From positions 1 to 45,651 of the forward strand of contig WFWH01000021.1 in NCBI GenBank assembly GCA_015491245.1: 45,651 nucleotides of DNA. Direction: 5' to 3'. This document shows positions 25,164 to 34,550 of this stretch, piece by piece (position 1 is the first letter of the stretch; every line of letters begins with the position of its first letter). The notes under the pieces are model-generated. The model searched no databases, was not told where the DNA came from, and was given only the letters and a program-made list of their open reading frames with translations. The stretch comes from Patescibacteria group bacterium. GTDB taxonomy: Bacteria > Patescibacteriota > Minisyncoccia > Phycocordibacterales > UBA12088. The translations under genes were made by a program, and so were the position numbers.

Positions 25164-25610
25164 CTAGCCCTCCGCCTTCACAAACAGGGTAACCCGCGCC
25201 TGCGCCTCTCCGTGCGCAAGGGGTATCTCGTACTCTCCGGTCTCCTTTATCGGCTCTTGCCTCATGATATGGCGCGCATCCACGGCAACCCCGCATTTCT
25301 CGGAAAGCGCCTTCGCGATGTCCTCAGCTTTTATCCCGCGAAAAAGGTGCCCGCGCTCGTTGGCGGGAGCGGCAAGGTGCACGCTTTGCCCGTGCAGCCG
25401 CGCAAACGCCTTGCGCAGGGCTTCTTCTTGTTCCGCTTGCTTTTTCTGCGCCGCTGCACGCTTTGCTTCCAGGGCGCGCACGCGCGCTTCCGTGGCCATC
25501 TCTGCCAATCCGCGCGGCAAGAGAAAATTGCGCGCGTACCCGTCTGCGATTTCCTTTACCTCGTATTTATGCCCCACTTTCGGCACGTCTTGAAGCAAAA
25601 TTACTTTCAT
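25164..25610 (-). CDS. rplI: 50S ribosomal protein L9
   Basis: [13 protein letters not shown]....[23 protein letters not shown]. Confidence 0.96.
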   Translation of the reverse strand: MKVILLQDVPKVGHKYEVKEIADGYARNFLLPRGLAEMATEARVRALEAKRAAAQKKQAEQEEALRKAFARLHGQSVHLAAPANERGHLFRGIKAEDIAKALSEKCGVAVDARHIMRQEPIKETGEYEIPLAHGEAQARVTLFVKAEG

Positions 25611-25616
25611 GGTGCG

Positions 25617-26846
25617 CTACTGAGTGGTAATGCGGCCATTTAATAGGAATTCCGCCGCTTTTTCAAGTTGCGGGTCCCGTCCCGCTTCTACATCTTCGGG
25701 GGTCACCTCCACCGTGATATCGGGCTCCAAACCGTTTTCGGAAATAGAGCGCCCCTTGGGGGTAAGCCAACGCGCGACCGTCACTTTGAGAAATGTGTCA
25801 GGGGTCACCTCCACAAGCTCCTGCACCGATCCTTTGCCGAAGGTGCGCATACCCACCAGGGTTGCCCGCTGGTGATCCTGGAGCGCCCCCGCCACTATCT
25901 CCGACGCCGAGGCGCTCCCCTCATTTACCAGCACAGCAATGCGCCACCATGGGCGATACACGTTGTAGCCAAGGCTCCGCTGCACCCGCTCTTCCCCATT
26001 GGCCCCGAACTTTTCGATCACCACTGGCTTCCCCATGGGAAGGAACCAACTAGATATCTCTACCGCAGATTCCAAAAATCCTCCCGGATTGCCACGCAGA
26101 TCAATAATCAGCTTTCCCGTTCCCGCGCGTATAAACTCCCGCAGCGCCTTTTTGAATTCTTCCGAGGCAGTTGCGCCAAAGTTGTACAGCGCAATCACGA
26201 ATACGCCATCGTCCCGAAGGTAGTATTTGCTGGTAGGAATACGAATGGTGTCACGGACGATGCGTATCTCCAAAATCTCCTCTGTGCGTTCTCGTGCAAT
26301 ATCCAGCTTGACTTCTGTACCTTTTTCCCCCCGGATGAGCCGCACCGCCTCATCAATACTCATGTCCTTAGTGGGTTTGCCGTCAATGGCGAGAATGCGG
26401 TCGCCTGCAAGAATACCTGCTTTCTCTGCGGGGGAGTCTTTAAGGGGGGTGATAACCGTCAAGATGCGGTCGCGTACTCCCACCTCCATACCCACGCCGC
26501 CAAATTCGCCGCTAATATTCTCCTCAAAAAGGGTTGCTTCCTGTGGAGGGAGAAATACCGTATACGGGTCGCCGTAACTCTTAGCAAGCCCTTCAATGGC
26601 GCCCCACAGGCGGTCTTGGGGAGTAATTTCTTCTGTAGTGGTAGCAGGGATATATTTTTCCTCCAAGAGGCGCCAGGCTTTCCAGAGAGGTGAAAAATCA
26701 ACATTTTCCGGGGGCTGTGCGAGGCTGGCGCGAAAGCCACTCAAAATGCTTGCCTCCAGTTTTCCGTCACCGCGCACATACACACCGGCAAAAAAAGAAA
26801 ACACCACCAGAAGCAGTGCGGCAAGGTAATGGGACGTTCTCAACAT
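25617..26846 (-). CDS. ctpA: S41 family C-terminal processing protease
   Basis: DPYT, PDZ (GGVGM, SPAEKAG), DLRGNPGG, SASASE, TFGKGSVQ, WLTPKG. Confidence 0.93.
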   Translation of the reverse strand: MLRTSHYLAALLLVVFSFFAGVYVRGDGKLEASILSGFRASLAQPPENVDFSPLWKAWRLLEEKYIPATTTEEITPQDRLWGAIEGLAKSYGDPYTVFLPPQEATLFEENISGEFGGVGMEVGVRDRILTVITPLKDSPAEKAGILAGDRILAIDGKPTKDMSIDEAVRLIRGEKGTEVKLDIARERTEEILEIRIVRDTIRIPTSKYYLRDDGVFVIALYNFGATASEEFKKALREFIRAGTGKLIIDLRGNPGGFLESAVEISSWFLPMGKPVVIEKFGANGEERVQRSLGYNVYRPWWRIAVLVNEGSASASEIVAGALQDHQRATLVGMRTFGKGSVQELVEVTPDTFLKVTVARWLTPKGRSISENGLEPDITVEVTPEDVEAGRDPQLEKAAEFLLNGRITTQ

Positions 26847-27003
26847 GTGCGCAAATAGCAGCCGGGCTTGGATACCCATGCAGCACACTCAAGTATCGCA
26901 AAAAGCGACGCGCGCCGCAAGCGTCACGAGGTGCATTCCTTCTCCACACTCGTACGGCGTTTTGGCCCTATGACCCCGGCAAGACGCGGTATACTAATGC
27001 CGT

Positions 27004-27921
27004 ATGATAGAGCGCTATGAGTATAGCGGCATTACGTGGCTTGACGTACTCAAACCTACTTCGGAAGAGATCCGCTCCCTAATGTACGAATACCAGCTTC
27101 CCCCCACCGTGGCGGAAGAGCTTATGCTCCCCTCCCTGCGCCCGCGCGCCGAATTGCATCCCGAGGGCCTGCTGTACCTGGTACTGCACTTCCCCGCCCT
27201 CAGGCACACCAACAGCCAGTCCCGCAGCCAAGAAGTGGATTTCATATTGACGCGCGACACGCTCATTACCGTCCGCTACGATACGGTGGACGCGCTGCAC
27301 AAGTTTTCCAAGCTGTTTGAGGTGCGCAGCATATTGCTGGACCGCGGCGAGGTGCCGCATGCCGGACACATATTCTTTGCCATGGTGATGAAGCTATACC
27401 GCTCCATCGGGCACGAGCTGGACTACCTGCGCGATAAACTGGAGGATATAGAGAAGCATATTTTTGAGGGGCGCGAGCGCGAAATGGTGGTTGCACTCTC
27501 CCACACCAGCCGCGACCTTCTGCGCATCAAACAAGCCCTGTTCACGCACGAGCCTGTGTTGGAGAGCTTGCGCGAGTCCTTGCTTGCGCTGTTTGGCGCA
27601 GAATTTGAGAACGAGCTGAGCACCATAGAGGGAGAGTTCTACCGCATCTCCTCCCTGCGCACCATGAACGGCGACACGCTGTGGGAATTGCGCAAGACGA
27701 ACGAGGACCTGCTCACCACCAAACAGAACGAGATAATGAAAAAGCTGACCCTCTTGGCGTTTGTCACGCTTCCCCTGAGCGTCATGGCGGGGCTGTTCGG
27801 CATGAACGCCCAGTATATTCCCCTCATCGGAAACCCATTTGACTTTTGGGTCATCGTGCTCCTCATGGTGTCGTCTATGCTGCTCTTGGCTGCGTACTTC
27901 AAGAGAAAAGGGTGGTTTTAG
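27004..27921 (+). CDS. corA: CorA family Mg2+/divalent cation transporter
   Basis: C-terminal NEIMKKLT...P...AGLFGMN signature and two TM helices. Confidence 0.9.
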   Translation: MIERYEYSGITWLDVLKPTSEEIRSLMYEYQLPPTVAEELMLPSLRPRAELHPEGLLYLVLHFPALRHTNSQSRSQEVDFILTRDTLITVRYDTVDALHKFSKLFEVRSILLDRGEVPHAGHIFFAMVMKLYRSIGHELDYLRDKLEDIEKHIFEGREREMVVALSHTSRDLLRIKQALFTHEPVLESLRESLLALFGAEFENELSTIEGEFYRISSLRTMNGDTLWELRKTNEDLLTTKQNEIMKKLTLLAFVTLPLSVMAGLFGMNAQYIPLIGNPFDFWVIVLLMVSSMLLLAAYFKRKGWF

Positions 27922-27975
27922 TAGCCATGTTTTTTCTCTGGACACACCTGAGTTTTGCCGTAAGATAGGGGTACT

Positions 27976-29448
27976 ATGCAGTTTCCCTTGGGGGGCGGCA
28001 ACACCGCGGCGGACAAGAAGCCGCCGCTTATGCTGCACAACACCCTTACCGGAAAAAAAGAGCCCTTCCACCCCTTAAAACACAACGAGGCGCGCCTTTA
28101 CCACTGCGGTCCCACCGTGTATGACTATGCGCACCTCGGCAATTTGCGCGCGTTTGTGTTTGCCGATATCCTGCGGCGCACCCTTGCGTTTTTCGGGCAT
28201 GAGGTGCGGCAAGTCATCAATATCACCGATATAGGCCACCTCACCTCGGATGCCGACGTAGGCGAGGACAAAATGGCGCTCGCCATTAAGCGCGAGGGAG
28301 AGGAGATGACCCTGGAGGGCCTGCGCCGCATCGCCGACAAATACACACAGGCATTCCTGCACGACCTGGAGCGCCTCAATATCCTCATGCCGCACGCGCT
28401 TCCCCGCGCCTCCGAATACATTCCCGCACAGATCGCCTTGGTGCGTACGCTCGTGGAGAAAGAGTATGCCTACGAAACCTCGGACGGCATCTACTTTGAC
28501 ACCGCGCGCTTTCCCCACTATGGCGCGCTCGGCCATATCGCGCGCGAGGGGCAAAAAGAAGGTGCGCGGGTTGCAGAAAATCCGGAAAAGCGCAATCCGG
28601 AGGATTTTGCCCTGTGGAAGAAAGGAGGTGATTTGGGCTGGGACAGCCCGTGGGGGAAGGGGTTTCCGGGATGGCACACGGAGTGCGTCGCCATGATCCA
28701 CGCGCTTTTGGGAAAAACCATTGACATCCACACGGGCGGCATAGACCACATTCCGGTCCACCACAACAACGAAATTGCGCAGGCAGAGGCGGCAACCGGC
28801 AAGCCCCTCGCGCGCTTTTGGCTGCATGTCGCGTTCCTCACGATTGAGGACACGAAGATCTCCAAGTCTCTGGGCAACACCGTGTACCTCCGCCACGTGG
28901 AGGCGCGCGGCTACCGCGCACTGGACTATCGCTACCTCCTGCTCACCGCGCACTACCGCTCTCCCCTCAACTTCACCTGGCGTGCCCTGGACGCCGCGCA
29001 CACCGCCCTGCGCCGCCTCCAGCAGTACTATTTTTCCGAATTGCGCGGGGCGCCAGAAGGCAATCCCGATCCCCGCTTCCTGCAGGCACTTGCCGCAGCG
29101 CTCGGGGACGACCTCGACACACCGCGCGCCCTCGCGCTCTTGTGGGAGACGGTAAAAGATTCGCGCATGCCGCGCGAGGCAAAGCGCGCCTCGCTGCTGG
29201 CCGCGGACCGCGTACTCGCACTAGGGCTTACCGAGCTAGAAACACAGGTACAGAAGCTCTCTTTTGCCGCTCCCCTCCCCCCCAAAGACCTCCCCGAAGA
29301 GGTCCGCCTTTTGGTGATCGCCCGCGAGGAAATGCGCGAGCAAAAAAATTGGGCGCGCGCGGACGAACTGCGCGAGGAAATCGCACGCAAGGGATTCCGC
29401 GTGGAAGACACCCCCGAAGGGCCGCTGGTATACCCCGAAAAATCCTGA
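27976..29448 (+). CDS. cysS: Cysteine--tRNA ligase
   Basis: CGPTVYDYAHLGN, NITD, DFALWK, SPWGKGFPGWHTEC, HNNEIAQ, KISKS. Confidence 0.97.
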   Translation: MQFPLGGGNTAADKKPPLMLHNTLTGKKEPFHPLKHNEARLYHCGPTVYDYAHLGNLRAFVFADILRRTLAFFGHEVRQVINITDIGHLTSDADVGEDKMALAIKREGEEMTLEGLRRIADKYTQAFLHDLERLNILMPHALPRASEYIPAQIALVRTLVEKEYAYETSDGIYFDTARFPHYGALGHIAREGQKEGARVAENPEKRNPEDFALWKKGGDLGWDSPWGKGFPGWHTECVAMIHALLGKTIDIHTGGIDHIPVHHNNEIAQAEAATGKPLARFWLHVAFLTIEDTKISKSLGNTVYLRHVEARGYRALDYRYLLLTAHYRSPLNFTWRALDAAHTALRRLQQYYFSELRGAPEGNPDPRFLQALAAALGDDLDTPRALALLWETVKDSRMPREAKRASLLAADRVLALGLTELETQVQKLSFAAPLPPKDLPEEVRLLVIAREEMREQKNWARADELREEIARKGFRVEDTPEGPLVYPEKS

Positions 29449-29545
29449 GGCGGGCTCCGTCGGGCGCGTTGTGCACAGGTAATGCACAGCCCCGGCGCCG
29501 CTCCGCGGGCGCACATTGCCGCGGCGGTGGTATACTAAAATCACC

Positions 29546-30940
29546 ATGGGGAAGCAAGGGGTATCGCTGCGGGTGCCGCCGCAAAATATAGAAGCGGAGC
29601 GTGCGCTCTTGGGCGCCCTCATGCTGAAAAAAGACGCGCTCTTTGACGTGGTGGATCTTATTACGCCTGATGATTTCTATGCGGAAAAGCATCGCACCAT
29701 CTATTCGGCCATACTCTCCCTTTTTTCCAAGAGCGAGCCGGTAGATTTGCTCTCGGTTTCCAGCCGCCTCAAGAGCGAAAAGCTGCTGCAGAGCATCGGC
29801 GGCAGCACGTACCTCACCGAACTGGTCAACACGACTCCTGCCGCAGGCAATGCGCTCCACTACGCCTCTCTGGTGCACAAAACTGCCATCCTGCGGCGCT
29901 TGATTGACGCGGGAGAGTACGTGGCAGAGCTGGGCTATGAAGAAGCCGATGATATTGAAGAGGTGCTGGACCGCGCCGAGAAGAAAATGTTTGAGGTGAC
30001 CGATGCGCCCTCGCTGCACAAGTTCGTCCCGATGAAGAACTTGGTGCTGGACTCTTTTTCCCAGTATGAAGAGCTGAGCAAAACCAAAGGCGCCATTCGC
30101 GGCGTCCCCTCGGGCTTTCCCGCGCTGGACGCCATTCTCTCCGGATTCCAAAAATCCGACCTCATTATCTTGGCAGCGCGCCCCTCCATGGGAAAAACCG
30201 CGTTTGCCCTGGACATTGCGCGGCATACCGCCATCCGCCACAAAACGCCGGTGGGCATTTTCTCGCTGGAGATGAGCGCCCAGCAATTGGTGGACCGCAT
30301 GCTCGCCGCCGAGGCGCGCGTAGACGGCTGGCGCCTGCGCACGGGCGGCAAGCTCACCGACGCGGAGTACGAGTCGCTGCACGCCGCACTGGAGCGCATG
30401 GCAGAAGCGCCCATTTACATAGACGACCAGCCCGCTAACAACATTCTCAACATGCGCTCGGTGGCGCGGCGCCTCAAGCGCGAGCAGGGGTTGGGCCTGC
30501 TCATCGTGGACTACCTCCAGCTCATGGCGCCCACCCGCACGCGCGCTTCCGACTCTATGGTGCAACAGGTAACTGAAATATCGCGCTCACTCAAACAGCT
30601 TGCGCGCGAGCTGGACGTGCCCATCATCGCCCTTTCCCAGCTCTCGCGCGAAGTGGAAAAGCGCGGCGGCCGCCCGCGCCTCTCCGATCTGCGCGACAGC
30701 GGCAGCATAGAGCAGGATGCCGACGTGGTGATGTTCATCCATCGCGAAGATAAGATGCACAAAGAAACGGACCGCCCCAACATTGCGGAAATACTGGTGG
30801 AGAAGCACCGCAACGGGCCCATCGGCAAAATAGAGCTCTACTTTGACGAGAAAAAGGCATCGTACCTCTCCATTGAAAAAGCGGATTTTGGCGCGCTGGA
30901 GGCGATGACCGCCGATGAGGGCGATGACGGTACGTTTTGA
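29546..30940 (+). CDS. dnaB: Replicative DNA helicase
   Basis: PPQNIEAE, AARPSMGKT, FSLEMS, VDYLQL, LSQLSR, DLRDSGSIEQDAD, KHRNGP; no intein seen. Confidence 0.97.
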   Translation: MGKQGVSLRVPPQNIEAERALLGALMLKKDALFDVVDLITPDDFYAEKHRTIYSAILSLFSKSEPVDLLSVSSRLKSEKLLQSIGGSTYLTELVNTTPAAGNALHYASLVHKTAILRRLIDAGEYVAELGYEEADDIEEVLDRAEKKMFEVTDAPSLHKFVPMKNLVLDSFSQYEELSKTKGAIRGVPSGFPALDAILSGFQKSDLIILAARPSMGKTAFALDIARHTAIRHKTPVGIFSLEMSAQQLVDRMLAAEARVDGWRLRTGGKLTDAEYESLHAALERMAEAPIYIDDQPANNILNMRSVARRLKREQGLGLLIVDYLQLMAPTRTRASDSMVQQVTEISRSLKQLARELDVPIIALSQLSREVEKRGGRPRLSDLRDSGSIEQDADVVMFIHREDKMHKETDRPNIAEILVEKHRNGPIGKIELYFDEKKASYLSIEKADFGALEAMTADEGDDGTF

Positions 30941-31017
30941 CAATTAAAACCAATTTACGGGGCAACTACTGCAAATCTTCAGGCCATACTAAAGGATTCT
31001 GTTTGCCAGAAAACAAC

Positions 31018-31039
31018 ACCGCCGGCAAATGCCGGCGGT
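31018..31039. terminator. GC-rich hairpin between convergent dnaB and the hypothetical gene
   Basis: ACCGCCGGC-AAAT-GCCGGCGGT. Confidence 0.6.
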
Positions 31040-31062
31040 TGTAGAAATTCTTTCCTACAAAA

Positions 31063-32214
31063 TTAACCCACTAGCCACCTTCTTTTAATGGCCCACGTTT
31101 CTATGTTCTTGTTAAGTTCTTCCAATCCCTTGCTCCTCTCCTCGGCCCCGCTATGAAAACTCTCCGGGAGAGGATACTTTTCGGTAAAGCACCCCCACCA
31201 CAACTCGGACCCGACCCTGTAGCGTTGCGTCCGGACCAGTTCGTACAGCAAGACTCGTCTGTACGCCGGGTCATAGGTGTGTATCTTTTGGATAATCCAA
31301 TAAATTGAGAGCTCGCGAATGTAGTAGCGCTTCGCGCTGACTTCCACTGCGGTTTCCCATGTCCGCACTGGGCGCAGAGCTGCATCCAGTCCCGCAATGG
31401 TGACGGGCCAATTCCGCGTATTGTCACGAGAGGAATCTTCCTCTTCGAGAACCCCGAGTGCGCGCGCGACCATGAAGAGCCACCGATATGCCGACGGCAT
31501 TTGCACTGCGGCGCTGAGGCATGCGAGATGGCAGCACAGCCATCGCATTGCCTCGGGCAGAACGGGCTTCCAGCCGCAAGGTGCCGCCTCCGCGCTCGCC
31601 ATACGGAGCATAACTCGGAACGCAGGCTGCGCGCGCCGAATAACGAAAGAAAAGTCTCCCCGCACCGAGGAAATCATCGCATCGTTGTACCGCAGGACCT
31701 CCTCTAGCGCCCCAACATCCCGCACGTAGGCACTTTGTCCTTCCTTTGGAAAAATCTCTGAAGCTCTCGCCGCAGGCGAGGTAATCCGCAACACTCTCGG
31801 CCAAGGATTTGAATGCAAGACGGGCTCTTCCCCTTTTTTGAGGCGCAGGGCGCCCAGGATAGTTCTGAATACTCCCGAAGAATCCGATGCCACTATCACG
31901 CGGAGAGCATCGGACTCCGTTCCCTGCGGTGGAATTACGTCTATCGTATAATGACCCCAATGACCCGCCCTTGCGGCATATACCGCATCGGCGTAAGAAA
32001 TAGGGTAATTGTCACGGCTCCACACCGCGTCGGTGATAATGTCAGTCGGCGCCCTTCCACGTGGCTCCAGCAGAGGAACTGTGTTGGCCTGCTCCCAAGA
32101 CAATGCGAGCGGGCATTTCAGTTCGTCTGCTCCGGGCACATACCACTGATGGGCGTTGCGCGCAGGAGATGGAAAGATAAGCAACTCGCGGTAACCCTTC
32201 AAGCCATTCTTCAT
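31063..32214 (-). CDS. Hypothetical protein, 383 aa
   Basis: Long ORF filling the dnaB-recR gap, strong GAGGAGG ribosome site; no family recognised. Confidence 0.7.
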   Translation of the reverse strand: MKNGLKGYRELLIFPSPARNAHQWYVPGADELKCPLALSWEQANTVPLLEPRGRAPTDIITDAVWSRDNYPISYADAVYAARAGHWGHYTIDVIPPQGTESDALRVIVASDSSGVFRTILGALRLKKGEEPVLHSNPWPRVLRITSPAARASEIFPKEGQSAYVRDVGALEEVLRYNDAMISSVRGDFSFVIRRAQPAFRVMLRMASAEAAPCGWKPVLPEAMRWLCCHLACLSAAVQMPSAYRWLFMVARALGVLEEEDSSRDNTRNWPVTIAGLDAALRPVRTWETAVEVSAKRYYIRELSIYWIIQKIHTYDPAYRRVLLYELVRTQRYRVGSELWWGCFTEKYPLPESFHSGAEERSKGLEELNKNIETWAIKRRWLVG

Positions 32215-32435
32215 CTTGCACCTCCTCTTCTCTGTCCTGCCGCCAGCATAACATATTTACTAAGCAAGTAAATCGCACAGAATGAGGAGGCCACGATTCA
32301 TCGGCTCAAAGGAATAGCTTGCTTCTCCTCCGCGCGCCCACAGCGCACGGCTCTGTGCGCAATGTGCCACAAAAGCGCTGCGGCAACAGGGCACCGCCCC
32401 ATGCACGGCGCGGCATAATTTGCTACGCTTATGCC

Positions 32436-33101
32436 ATGCAAGATTTTGAAGCACTGGAGGAAAAAATGAGGGCACTGCCCGGCGTGGGGCCGCGGCAAGC
32501 GCGCCGCATGGTGTTTTTCCTCTTACGCCAGCGGCGCGAGTGGACGGAAGAGCTCACTACTTTGATACGCGCGCTGCGTACGCGTGTTGCAACCTGCGAG
32601 GATTGCCGGCGCTTTTTCCTCCCAAGCCGAGAGGGAGAGGCGCGCTGCCGTATCTGTGCCGACCCGCACCGCCCCGACCACACGCTCATCATCGTGGAGA
32701 AAGAGGTGGACTTGGAAAACATAGAGCGCAGCGGCGCAGTGGAGGGGAAATACTTTGTGTTGGGTGGCCTTTATGCCCCGCTCGCCAAAGAGCCGGCGCG
32801 GGCGCTGCGCCTTGCCCACCTAGACGCGCTCTTAGCACGGCGCGCGGCGCAACTGAAAGAGGTGATTATCGCGCTTGCCGTCAACCCCGATGGCGAAGAA
32901 ACCCGCCGCTTTCTCGTGGAGCGCCTTGCGCCGCTTGCACAGCGCTACGGCTTTGCGCTCACCGCGCCTGCGCGCGGCCTCTCTACCGGATCCGAATTGG
33001 AGTACGCCGACCCCCAAACACTGCGCAGCGCATTTGCAGGGCGCGGCAGAACGACACCGTTGCCGCGCCGCGCGGAGCACGGCGCGGCGCCCCCCGAATA
33101 A
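32436..33101 (+). CDS. recR: Recombination mediator RecR
   Basis: LPGVGPRQARR HhH, CxxC-CxxC zinc finger, YFVLGG, TOPRIM EVIIA...DGEET, G.ELEYAD. Confidence 0.93.
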   Translation: MQDFEALEEKMRALPGVGPRQARRMVFFLLRQRREWTEELTTLIRALRTRVATCEDCRRFFLPSREGEARCRICADPHRPDHTLIIVEKEVDLENIERSGAVEGKYFVLGGLYAPLAKEPARALRLAHLDALLARRAAQLKEVIIALAVNPDGEETRRFLVERLAPLAQRYGFALTAPARGLSTGSELEYADPQTLRSAFAGRGRTTPLPRRAEHGAAPPE

Positions 33102-33199
33102 TTTGGCTCATAAAGGGCGCCGCGCACGCGAGAATGCGTCGTGCGCCGGCACCCCCCGTGCGCGACACTTTGCGCGTTTCCTCCCCCTCTTCCCCGCTA

Positions 33200-34486
33200 T
33201 CACTCCGGCGCCGCCTCAAGGGTGGCGGTAAGCGTCAATTCTTTTCCGTCACGTATTACCGTGAGTGTGATGGTTTGCCCTATTTTTTTAGTGCGTATCA
33301 CGGCGGCGAGGCTTTTTTCCTTCAAGGACACGCCGTCCACTGCGATAATGATGTCCCCTTCCTTTAGGCCCGCTTTGTCCGCAGGGGAACCCGGCAATAT
33401 GGCGATATCCATTGGGGTTTTGCCGCGGGCGATGAGGGCACCGTACTCTACGGGAAGATCCTCTGCTTGGGCAACGCTCTTATTGACCATGGTGTAGCGC
33501 ACCCCCAAGAATGGGTGCTTTATTTCCCCAAACTGCTGCACTGAGGCAACAATATCTTTCACCACATTGGCGGGTATGGCAAAGCCGACGTTTTCCGAAC
33601 CCATGGCGACCGCCACGTTGACCCCGATAACCCTACCTCGAGAATCCAAGAGCGGTCCGCCGGAATTGCCGGGATTAATCGCCGCATCGGTTTGAATGAC
33701 GTCATCCAAGAGCTCCGGCGCGCCACCCAGGCCCCCAGCCACAATGGAGCGCGACAATCCCGACACCACGCCGACAGAAACCGAATTGCGAAATTCCCCC
33801 AACGCATTGCCTATTGCAATCGCCGTTTGCCCCAGCTTCAGCGAATCCGAGTCGCCGAACGAGAGGAAGGGAAACGTGCGCCCCTTCGCATCTTCCACCT
33901 TGAGCACCGCAATATCCAACACGGAGTCTTTCGCGAGGATTTTGACCCCGTACTCTTCCCCGTCCTCGGTGAGGATGGTGAATTTGGCGCCCGGTATATC
34001 CACCACATGGCGATTAGTCACCACCAAGCCGTCGCTGCTCACAAAAAATCCGGAACCCGCGCCCACCTCTTTCTCTTCAGTGCCGTGAGGGCGCCGCCGA
34101 GGAATGCGAAACTTGAACTGGTCGCCAAAGAGCCCGCCAAACGGGTCGTACTCTTCATAAAACTGCTCAAACACCGGCACGTCCTGTGTCACGATTACTG
34201 AAACCACCGCGGGATTGGTGCGGTCTACAATAGAAACGATTTGCTCCTCGGTCGCTCCCAAAAAGCCCGCACCCGCTGCACCTCCCTCTTCTCCTGCCGC
34301 AGGGGCACCGGAAGGAAAGCGCTCATGCACATACTCGGATGCCAGAAAGCGCACCACCTCCCCGCGGTACGCATACAGCGCCGCACCTGCCGCACCCATT
34401 ACCGCCATTACCATTAGAAACGATATGGCGAGCGCACGGAGCAATATTCGCTGCTCCCTTACCTCATGCCTGTGTGGTTCCTCCAT
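33200..34486 (-). CDS. HtrA/DegP-like serine protease with one PDZ domain
   Basis: GSGF, VTNRHVV, DIAVLK, QTDAAINPGNSGGPL, SPADKAGL. Confidence 0.94.
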   Translation of the reverse strand: MEEPHRHEVREQRILLRALAISFLMVMAVMGAAGAALYAYRGEVVRFLASEYVHERFPSGAPAAGEEGGAAGAGFLGATEEQIVSIVDRTNPAVVSVIVTQDVPVFEQFYEEYDPFGGLFGDQFKFRIPRRRPHGTEEKEVGAGSGFFVSSDGLVVTNRHVVDIPGAKFTILTEDGEEYGVKILAKDSVLDIAVLKVEDAKGRTFPFLSFGDSDSLKLGQTAIAIGNALGEFRNSVSVGVVSGLSRSIVAGGLGGAPELLDDVIQTDAAINPGNSGGPLLDSRGRVIGVNVAVAMGSENVGFAIPANVVKDIVASVQQFGEIKHPFLGVRYTMVNKSVAQAEDLPVEYGALIARGKTPMDIAILPGSPADKAGLKEGDIIIAVDGVSLKEKSLAAVIRTKKIGQTITLTVIRDGKELTLTATLEAAPE

Positions 34487-34550
34487 ACCTCACCTACAAA
34501 AATTTAGAATGAAATCTGGCACGGCGCTCTGCGCCGCCTGCACCAGCATT

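Noticed and set aside
31041-31049. GTAGAAATT identical to part of the CRISPR repeat (orphan repeat?)
   Set aside because: Only 9 nt, with no second stem arm and no spacer context
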